From Pelagibacteraceae bacterium AG-426-E17 (GTDB lineage Bacteria > Pseudomonadota > Alphaproteobacteria > Pelagibacterales > Pelagibacteraceae): a stretch of DNA of 64,000 nt. Below are positions 10,227-17,947 of this stretch, piece by piece (position 1 is the first letter of the stretch; the number at the start of each line of letters is the position of its first letter). Under the pieces are notes generated by a model. It worked only from the letters and a program-made list of their open reading frames with translations, ran no database searches and was not told the origin of the DNA. Both the position numbers and the translations under genes were made by a program. The stretch is taken from NCBI GenBank assembly GCA_003210095.1, contig QCNP01000003.1:3503-67502 (forward strand), written 5' to 3'.

Positions 10227-11511
10227 TAATGTTAATATAGCTATAATTGGATTAGGTCAGGTTGGGGGTTATTTATATAAAGAGCTTTTAAAAAATAGAT
10301 TAAATATAAATTTATTAACAGGAAAAAAAATAAATATAGTTGCTATATCAGCTAAAAATTTGAAAAAAAAAAGACAATTTAAACTTAATAAAAAAATTTT
10401 TTATTCAAATCCTTTAAAAGTTATTAAAAAAGAGAAAATAGACATTTTATTTGAATGTATAGGTTTAGCTGATGGAATTTCAAAAAAAATTGTAGAAAAC
10501 GCTTTAAGAAGAAAAATTCATATAATCACACCTAATAAAGCTTTAATATCGAAACACGGAGACTATTTAAGCAAAATTGCAGAGAAGAATAAAGTAAATT
10601 TAGAATTTGAAGCATCTGTTGGTGGGGGAATTCCAATTTTAAGAACTATAAAAGAGGGCCTAGCAACAAATAAAATTAGTAAAGTTTATGGAATTTTAAA
10701 TGGAACTTGTAATTATATATTATCAGAAATGGAAAAAACAAAAGACAATTTTAGGAATGTGCTCAGAAAGGCTCAGAAACTGGGATATGCTGAGCCAGGT
10801 AACCCCAAACTTGATTTAAATGGATATGATGCCTTCGCTAAAGTTAAAATCCTATCTGCTTTAGCCTTTAATAAACGTCTTTCAAATTCAGTATCTTTAA
10901 TGGAAGGAATAGAAAATGTAGAACCAAAAGATTTTGAAATAGCTGATCAATTAAACCTTAGAATTAAACTGTTAGGCATAACAGAAATTATTAATAATAA
11001 ACTTTTTGAAAGAGTCCATCCATGTTTAGTCAAAAAAAATACATATATTGGAAACGTGAATGGTGTAATGAATGCAGTTATATTAGAAGGTAAACCAGTT
11101 GGTGAAAGTGTTTTACAAGGTGAGGGGGCAGGGCCTGAACCTACATCATCAGCGCTGATGTCAGATTTAATGTCAATTTTGAGAGGAAATATTAAATACC
11201 CTTTTGGTATTCCAACAGCAAAAAGAAAAAAAATTAAAAGTTATGATCTTAATAATTATGAAAATTCTTTATATATTCGTTTTGAAGTAAAAGACAAACA
11301 AGGTGTATTATCTCAAATTACAAAAAATTTAGCTAATAATAAAATATCTATTCAAAGATTAATACAAATTCCAAATAATAAAAATAAAACAGCTTCAATT
11401 GTTATTATTACGCATGCAACTAAACAAATACATTCAGATAAATGTTTAAGATTATTACAAAAAAACAAAAATGTGCTTAAAAAGCCTGTTTTATTAAGGC
11501 TTTTTAAATAA
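10219..11511 (+). CDS. hom: Homoserine dehydrogenase (C-terminal ACT domain)
   Basis: IGLGQVG, EASVGGGIP, GILNGTCNYIL, GYAEP, GEGAGPEPTSSA. Confidence 0.95.
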   Translation: MNNNVNIAIIGLGQVGGYLYKELLKNRLNINLLTGKKINIVAISAKNLKKKRQFKLNKKIFYSNPLKVIKKEKIDILFECIGLADGISKKIVENALRRKIHIITPNKALISKHGDYLSKIAEKNKVNLEFEASVGGGIPILRTIKEGLATNKISKVYGILNGTCNYILSEMEKTKDNFRNVLRKAQKLGYAEPGNPKLDLNGYDAFAKVKILSALAFNKRLSNSVSLMEGIENVEPKDFEIADQLNLRIKLLGITEIINNKLFERVHPCLVKKNTYIGNVNGVMNAVILEGKPVGESVLQGEGAGPEPTSSALMSDLMSILRGNIKYPFGIPTAKRKKIKSYDLNNYENSLYIRFEVKDKQGVLSQITKNLANNKISIQRLIQIPNNKNKTASIVIITHATKQIHSDKCLRLLQKNKNVLKKPVLLRLFK

Positions 11512-12407
11512 TGGAAATATACATAAAGTTATTTGAGGTTATTTTCCCAGTTTTTTTTGTTATTGGCATTGGCTATTACTTAGGTAAAAAAAATCCAAAA
11601 TTTGACACTAATTTTATAACAAATTTTGCTGGAAATATTGGTACACCAGCTATGATTTTTTATACTGTTACAACAACTGGTATAACTTTGAATATTTTTA
11701 TTCATTACTTTGTATATGCTATTTTAATGATTGTGGGTTTTGCAGTTGTAGGTCTTATAATGCTTTTCCTACTTAAAAAAGATCTTAGTATGGAACTCCC
11801 ACCATTAATTCTTCCAAATACTGGTAATATGGGTGTTCCAATTTGCTTATTTGCTTATGGAACTCAAGGTCTAGGGGTGGCATCAGCCGTAGCTTCTGTA
11901 ATTATCTTATTTCATTTTACATTAGGTGTTTTTTTAGCAAAAAAGAATTTTTCTTTTGATATTCTTATTAAAAGCCCTCCTGTATACGCAATTATAGTAT
12001 CTGTTTTTTTTCTGTTTTTTGATATTAAAACTCCTTTGTTTCTTGAAAACACAACTTTTCTTCTTACTTACGCAACTATTTTTTTGGTATTGATGTCTTT
12101 AGGTATTGCGTTAACAAGGTTTAAATTTTCTTTTCGAGACTCAATTATATTTTCATTTTTAAGAGTTATAATAGGTCCAATTATAGGCTTTGCTGTAATT
12201 TATTATTTTGATCTTTCAGGATATCCTGCAGGAGTACTTTTGATACAAAGTGCTATGCCAAGTGCTATATTAAACTATTTAGTTGGTAGTATGTACTCGC
12301 CAAAAAAAATAGTAGATAGTATAGCTAGTACAATAGTTGTATCAACATTAATTTCTTTTATAACAATACCAATTATAGTTTACATAGCTCTCAAATATTT
12401 TTCATAA
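11511..12407 (+). CDS. AEC-family (auxin efflux carrier-like) permease
   Basis: Multi-TM protein; PNTGNMGVP and QSAMPSA motifs. Confidence 0.85.
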   Translation: MEIYIKLFEVIFPVFFVIGIGYYLGKKNPKFDTNFITNFAGNIGTPAMIFYTVTTTGITLNIFIHYFVYAILMIVGFAVVGLIMLFLLKKDLSMELPPLILPNTGNMGVPICLFAYGTQGLGVASAVASVIILFHFTLGVFLAKKNFSFDILIKSPPVYAIIVSVFFLFFDIKTPLFLENTTFLLTYATIFLVLMSLGIALTRFKFSFRDSIIFSFLRVIIGPIIGFAVIYYFDLSGYPAGVLLIQSAMPSAILNYLVGSMYSPKKIVDSIASTIVVSTLISFITIPIIVYIALKYFS

Positions 12408-13387
12408 TGAAAATTTGCTTTTTAGATAATGTAAATATTTCTTATACTTCTGAAGACATGTATTCAAATAAGGTTCGTGGAGCCGAAAATATTCTGATAA
12501 ATTTATCAAGAGAGTTCTGTAGATTAAATCACGACGTAACAATTTTTAATAATTGTAAAATAAATAATAAAATTGATAATGTTAATTGGATAAATTTAAA
12601 TAGTGTTAATGACAAACCTCATTTTGATTTAGCAATTTCCAATAATGATATCAAATTATTTGATAAAATAAGTGCCGCAAAAAAAATAGCAATATCTCAT
12701 AGCATTCAATCTATAGAAAAATTTGTTAGAAAAGGTCAACTGATTTCATATTTGAAACATAAACCAAAAATTGTTTTACTAGGAAAATATCATAAATCTA
12801 ATCGTAATATATTATTAAGATTATTTGGTTCATTTACAATTTCATGGGCTGTAGACGATATTTTTTTAAATTCTCAAATTCATAATCAAGTATTAAAAAA
12901 CCAAGCTATTTTTACCTCATATCCAGACAGAAATTTAAATTTATTAATCAATATTTGGAAAAACAAAATTTTTGCAAATAATAGGAATAAAAAACTATTA
13001 ATTACTCCTATTAAAGAAAATTATGAAAAATATAATATTTTTAATAGAGAATTTGGTAATAAATCAAAATTAATAGATGATATTTTAAATTCTAGAATTT
13101 ATTTAATTCCCGGTCATAAAGCAGAGTTATATTGTATTGCAGCTGAAGAAGCCAGAGAACTTTGCATTCCTATAATCACACTTGGTATCGGTAGTCTAAG
13201 TGAAAGAGTTCAACATTATAAAACAGGTTTTGTTGCAAAAAACTCTAATGAATTTGCTGATTATACAACAGCATTATTTAATGACCATAACCTATGGTTT
13301 GATATAAGAAAAAATCTTATTAAATTGAGAGGGTTAAAAAAATGGAAAAATACAGCTATTGAATTTTTAAATAATATAAATGATTAG
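12407..13387 (+). CDS. Glycosyltransferase (GT-B, GT4-like)
   Basis: RGAENILINL N-terminus; FTSYPDRNL; ELYCIAAEEA acceptor-loop-like motif. Confidence 0.75.
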   Translation: MKICFLDNVNISYTSEDMYSNKVRGAENILINLSREFCRLNHDVTIFNNCKINNKIDNVNWINLNSVNDKPHFDLAISNNDIKLFDKISAAKKIAISHSIQSIEKFVRKGQLISYLKHKPKIVLLGKYHKSNRNILLRLFGSFTISWAVDDIFLNSQIHNQVLKNQAIFTSYPDRNLNLLINIWKNKIFANNRNKKLLITPIKENYEKYNIFNREFGNKSKLIDDILNSRIYLIPGHKAELYCIAAEEARELCIPIITLGIGSLSERVQHYKTGFVAKNSNEFADYTTALFNDHNLWFDIRKNLIKLRGLKKWKNTAIEFLNNIND

Positions 13388-14135
13388 ATTTAATAAATTT
13401 TTTGAGAGAATATCTAGATTATTTAATATTATGATTTCAGATAATTATAAATTGAGTCATAAGTATCAAAATAAAAATCAAGTTACAAATACTAAAATTG
13501 TATTAAATTTACTTAAAAATAAAAACTTTAAACCAAAGATAATAGTTGATATTGGTTGTGGATATGGTCAATGGACCAAGGAAACTATAAAGTATTATCC
13601 TAACGCAAATTATTTTCTTTTTGACGCTGATATAAACAACCAACATAAGTTAGAGATTTTAAAAAAAAAATACAACAATTTACAATTTAAAATTTGTCTT
13701 TTATCTGATGATAACGCTAAGTATAAATTTTTTAACATGGGTTATGGATCATCTATTTTTGAAGAACAAACAAATCATAAAAGATTGATTCAAGAAATTA
13801 AGTCAACAACTTTAGTTCAAGAACTTCCATCTAGCATAAAAAATCAAACTAATAATCTTATTAAACTTGACGTGCAGGGCGCTGAACTTAAAGTGCTTGA
13901 TGGTTTAAAAGATTATATAAACTTTTTTGAAATTATTATTTTGGAAGTTTCTTTACATAATTACAATAAAGACGCTCCATTATTTGATAAAATTATGAGC
14001 TATATGTATAATAAAGACTATAAACTATATGATATATTTGACTTAAAAAGACTAGGTGAAGCTAATTCCGTTTTAATACAATTTGACTGTATGTTTGTTA
14101 AAAAAGATTCTGATTTATTTAATGTTAAATTTTAA
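13380..14135 (+). CDS. FkbM-family SAM-dependent methyltransferase
   Basis: VDIGCGYG motif I; LIKLDVQGAELKVLDG. Confidence 0.88.
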   Translation: MIRFNKFFERISRLFNIMISDNYKLSHKYQNKNQVTNTKIVLNLLKNKNFKPKIIVDIGCGYGQWTKETIKYYPNANYFLFDADINNQHKLEILKKKYNNLQFKICLLSDDNAKYKFFNMGYGSSIFEEQTNHKRLIQEIKSTTLVQELPSSIKNQTNNLIKLDVQGAELKVLDGLKDYINFFEIIILEVSLHNYNKDAPLFDKIMSYMYNKDYKLYDIFDLKRLGEANSVLIQFDCMFVKKDSDLFNVKF

Positions 14136-14166
14136 ATTTTTACATTTAAAACAATTTAACTTATTT

Positions 14167-15120
14167 TCATATTTTAATATTTTTTAAAGCATTATTTTTG
14201 AAAATATTAGCTTCTCTTATATATCTTCTAACCATCTGACTTGTTTTGTGACCAGTCATTGCCATTATACTACGTTCATCAGCACCAGACTCTGCAGCGA
14301 CAGTTGCAAAACCTGATCTTAAACTATGACCTGCAAAATTTTTATTTTCTATACCTGCTAAATTTAAATATTCTTTCATTAATAAAACTACTGATTGATC
14401 AGTTAATCTTTTTTCAGTTAATGATAAACCTTTTGAAAATCTTCTAAAAATTGGTCCAGATTTAATTTTAGAAATTTCTAACCATTTTTTAAGATTAACA
14501 ATTGGACAATAATTTTCATTAGTGAAGTAGGGTAGTCCTTTAATCATCCCTTCACCAAATTGATCAGTTTTTGATCTTTTAATAGTGATTTTGAGACCCT
14601 CAGGTACAAATTCTAAATCTTCATGATCAATTGAAATTAGCTCAGTTCGTCTAAAACCTCCTCCAAAGCCCACTAAGATAATTGATTTGTCTCTATACTT
14701 CTTTATGTCTTCAATTTTTTGTTCATTTATTGTATTAATTATTGATTTTAAATGATTGATTAATATAGGTTTTTTACCTTTCTGAATGCTTCCTTTTACC
14801 CTTTTTATTCCCATTAAATTTTCAACAATAATTGGGTGTTTTGTATCTAAATAATGTCCTTTAAGTTTATGAACCATGCATATAGACACTAATCTTCTCC
14901 TTAAAGTACTGATTTTTGAATTTTTAGAAAGATGGGTTAGGTATAATGAGACTATTTTTGGCTCTGATGGCAGGGAATTTAAACCATGTTTAGCGCAAAA
15001 AGCTCCAAAATCTTTAAAGTCTGATTTATATGCTCTTAAAGTGTTATTTGCTTTTGAGCTTTTGAGATTATTTAGTGTTGCCTCGTAAAGCAATTTTAGG
15101 TCTGTTGTAAGTTCATTCAT
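14167..15120 (-). CDS. Cre-like tyrosine site-specific recombinase
   Basis: Intact catalytic set R (GFRRTEL), K (RSKTDQ), HxxR (HSLR), H (GHKT), Y (RRYI); SAM-like N-terminus (NTLRAYKSD); no obvious arm-binding domain. Confidence 0.92.
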   Translation of the reverse strand: MNELTTDLKLLYEATLNNLKSSKANNTLRAYKSDFKDFGAFCAKHGLNSLPSEPKIVSLYLTHLSKNSKISTLRRRLVSICMVHKLKGHYLDTKHPIIVENLMGIKRVKGSIQKGKKPILINHLKSIINTINEQKIEDIKKYRDKSIILVGFGGGFRRTELISIDHEDLEFVPEGLKITIKRSKTDQFGEGMIKGLPYFTNENYCPIVNLKKWLEISKIKSGPIFRRFSKGLSLTEKRLTDQSVVLLMKEYLNLAGIENKNFAGHSLRSGFATVAAESGADERSIMAMTGHKTSQMVRRYIREANIFKNNALKNIKI

Positions 15121-15122
15121 AT

Positions 15123-15159
15123 TATTACTATTGATAACAATTAATTATCAATACTAATA
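15123..15159. repeat. lox/dif-like inverted repeat, candidate recombination site
   Basis: TATTACTATTGATAA-CAATTAA-TTATCAATACTAATA: 15-bp arms with 14/15 pairs complementary, 7-nt asymmetric spacer, starting 3 nt upstream of the recombinase ATG. Confidence 0.65.
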
Positions 15160-15285
15160 TAGCATCAATTTATTTAAGTCAACAAGATAATTTAAAAAAA
15201 GTTATCAACATAATTCACAAAGCTTTAAATAAAACAATTAAAAAGTGATACATTAGACTCTTATAATTTGATATTAATTATTTAA

Positions 15286-15468
15286 TTAAGGGGCAACCCT
15301 TAACTGGCCGACTGGGGAAAGGCCGAGAGGACCAAGCCCAGGGGGCAGAAAGTCTTACGGAGTAGCGCTAAAATCGTAGGGCGGAAGGCATGGCGGTAGC
15401 GCATACAACGACGTGCCAAAACTACTGTTCTTTGCACCGTAAAAAGTGCAGAGAAACAGGGGTTTTTT
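15286..15468 (+). ncRNA. Putative structured non-coding RNA, family not identified
   Basis: About 59% GC over 15291-15420 (77/130 by hand count) in a very AT-rich genome; GNRA hairpin at the 5' end, two apparent pseudoknots, 3' hairpin plus T-tract; no plausible protein. Confidence 0.75.
15425..15468 (+). terminator. Intrinsic terminator-like hairpin ending the putative ncRNA
   Basis: CTGTT-CTTTGCAC-CGTAAAAA-GTGCAGAG-A-AACAG followed by GGGTTTTTT. Confidence 0.5.
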
Positions 15469-15472
15469 CTTC

Positions 15473-15742
15473 ATGAAAGGCACTAAATTTCAAATCAAAG
15501 TCTGGAAATATCTTAAAAAGATCCCTAAAGGAACAGTCAGAACATATAAAGATGTTGCAAAAGCTATAAATAAGCCAAAAGCAGCGCGGGCTGTAGCAAA
15601 TGCCTGCGCTAAAAACCCATATGCTCCAAAAATACCTTGTCATAGAGTAATTAGGTCTGATGGAGGCCTTGGTGGCTATTCTGGCAGAGGTGGGGCAAAA
15701 AAAAAAGTAAGCTTATTGAGGTCTGAAAAAGTTCAAATTTAA
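15473..15742 (+). CDS. ogt: Methylated-DNA--protein-cysteine methyltransferase, minimal single-domain form (89 aa)
   Basis: FQIKVW..L..IPKG...TY, PCHRVI active site. ATG 15473 lies after the terminator hairpin, so it is preferred to the track start. Confidence 0.9.
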   Translation: MKGTKFQIKVWKYLKKIPKGTVRTYKDVAKAINKPKAARAVANACAKNPYAPKIPCHRVIRSDGGLGGYSGRGGAKKKVSLLRSEKVQI

Positions 15743-16169
15743 CCTTTTTTAGTTGATATAACGATTAAAAAAGCTAATAAAATCAACAATTATTGATCAA
15801 TTTTCTATTATTAAAAGAAATTATTATATTTCACCCTTTAGTTGTACCATATAAAACAATTTGCTTAAATTTGACCCTTCTGTGTTCGTTTAAATGGCAT
15901 ATTCATATACTGCATCCCTCTACTATTTAACAATATAAACACTTTCAGAAAACTCTATTTTATGGTTTGGAAGCGTTTTTTTTGTTTAAAAAGTCCTATA
16001 TTTCAATGTTTTTATGATATTAGTAAATAACACAATTAAATTTAGTATTTTTACTTAATTAATTTTATATTATTTTATCGAATTATAATAAGATAATAAA
16101 TTCAATAAAATCAATAGTTTATATTATACTATTAAAGTAAAACTCAAATATTTAGTAAACTAAGTTTAC

Positions 16170-17024
16170 CTATATTTTAATTTTCTTAACAATATTCTCT
16201 CTTCTAGAGATATATATTCCACTAAAAACTATGATAAACAAGCCTAAAAAAGTCCAACTATCTGGAAAATCACCAAAGAAATAATAAGCAATAATGATAT
16301 TAGTTACGATCTCAAAATAACTAAATGGTGCTAATTTGGATGCATCAGCAAATTTCAAAGATAAAATAATAAAAAGATGACCTATGCAAGCTAATAAACC
16401 GATAGCTGTCATTATAGACCATTGATTAAAAGTTGGAGAAACCCAAACAAAAGGCATGAATGTTGTAGAGATAATGGCCCCTACTACACCTGTAAATAAT
16501 AAAGTTAACAATGGGTTATCTGAAGTACTAAGCCTACGAGTAATTATTAAATAAAAACCATACATAATACCAGTTCCAAGTGCTGCTAAACTTGCTAGAT
16601 TTATTTCTACAAAACCTGGTTTAATGACAACTAGAGATCCTATAAAACCAATAATTACTGCTGTCCATCTTCTGTAGCCTACAGACTCACCCAAGAAAAT
16701 AGGAGAAAAAGAAGTTACAACCAGTGGAGCCACAAATGCAAGTGTTAATGCCTTAGGAAGTGAAATAACTGAAATTGAGTAAAAAAAACTTATGTTCGCA
16801 GTTAATAAAATCAAACCTCTGATTAATTGTAATTTTGGTTTGTCAGTCCAAACTAAATACTTTTTAAAGAAAAAAAACATTAAAGGAAAGGTAAATACAA
16901 CAGTGAAAAAATATCTAGCCCAAGTTATTTGAAGAACTGGAAGATCTGAGCTTAAATATTTAGCAAATCCATCCATTATAGGCAATATAACCCAAGCTAA
17001 AAGATTATAAATTATCGCTTTCAT
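16170..17024 (-). CDS. DMT/EamA-family transporter
   Basis: About 10 TM in two EamA repeats; LAPFSYFEIV, GDFPD. Confidence 0.88.
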   Translation of the reverse strand: MKAIIYNLLAWVILPIMDGFAKYLSSDLPVLQITWARYFFTVVFTFPLMFFFFKKYLVWTDKPKLQLIRGLILLTANISFFYSISVISLPKALTLAFVAPLVVTSFSPIFLGESVGYRRWTAVIIGFIGSLVVIKPGFVEINLASLAALGTGIMYGFYLIITRRLSTSDNPLLTLLFTGVVGAIISTTFMPFVWVSPTFNQWSIMTAIGLLACIGHLFIILSLKFADASKLAPFSYFEIVTNIIIAYYFFGDFPDSWTFLGLFIIVFSGIYISRRENIVKKIKI

Positions 17025-17065
17025 AAAACATAAATTTAGAAAGAAAAATATACTACATACATAAC

Positions 17066-17947
17066 TTATGCTTTTTTATCAAAATAAGAATAAATATATT
17101 TCAAATAAAAATAATATAATTTACAGATAACAAAATCTATAAGAAAACTTAATGTATAATTTGGTTTTATAGGAAGTTCGCCTATATATTTTGTGTTAGA
17201 TTTTAGAAAATATTTCTTAAAAAATTTATAAGAAATGCCCCATTTTAATAAAAAGATTTTAGATCCTTTTGTACCAGACCAGATTTTATTCTTATCATTT
17301 TTTTCAGACTTACGAGTCACAACAGAACCAAAATGGTATACTTTAAAATCATTAATACCTTTAAAAATTCTTACACCTTTTTTCCAGAGCTTCATATTCA
17401 AATCTGGATCTGAAGCTGCTCCTGGCCAAAATTCTAAACTAAAACCACCTATATCGTTCCATAATTTTTTATGAATTACATGTGGTGCCCAAGTAGATCC
17501 TTGAAAATCGTAAAAATTATATTTTTTGTAATTTGTTAGAAATTTTTCTTCATTAAAATCTAGGTATGTTTGTCCACAATCAAAAGATATTTGTCCGTTA
17601 TTTATCATTGTCCCAGATAAATAAAATCTATCATGGCCAATAGAGTAAATTTCATTTTTAAGTATTACATCCCAATTCGGACAAAAATAAAAATCATCAT
17701 GGGCATATAAAATATAATCCATTTTACTTTTTTTTGCTGCAGTATTGACACCTTCACAAATACCAGCGTTATAATCAGTAAATGTATAGTTTATCTTTTT
17801 TTGTTTTAAATAATCAGTAGTACCATCATTACCTATACTCACATGAACTAAAATCTCATTATTTAAAGAAGAATTTTTACTCAAACTATCCAAACATAAT
17901 TTTAAATAATTTATATTATTTAATGTGGGAATAATAATTGAAAACAT
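17066..17947 (-). CDS. Glycosyltransferase family 2
   Basis: FSIIIPTLN start, HDD motif, IGGFS.EF, SDPDLNMKLW. Confidence 0.88.
   Translation of the reverse strand: MFSIIIPTLNNINYLKLCLDSLSKNSSLNNEILVHVSIGNDGTTDYLKQKKINYTFTDYNAGICEGVNTAAKKSKMDYILYAHDDFYFCPNWDVILKNEIYSIGHDRFYLSGTMINNGQISFDCGQTYLDFNEEKFLTNYKKYNFYDFQGSTWAPHVIHKKLWNDIGGFSLEFWPGAASDPDLNMKLWKKGVRIFKGINDFKVYHFGSVVTRKSEKNDKNKIWSGTKGSKIFLLKWGISYKFFKKYFLKSNTKYIGELPIKPNYTLSFLIDFVICKLYYFYLKYIYSYFDKKA

Noticed and set aside
14167-15120. Recombinase as an integron integrase or prophage integrase
   Set aside because: I saw no IntI-specific insertion, no attC-like cassette array, no phage genes and no flanking direct repeats.
15286-15468. 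The GC-rich element as tmRNA, RNase P, SRP, 6S or tRNA
   Set aside because: It has no T-arm/CCA or tag frame, no GAGGAAAGUCC, no SRP helix-8 motif and no long 6S rod. The two overlapping track ORFs (15422-15643 on -, and the 15446 start of ogt) are not credible there.
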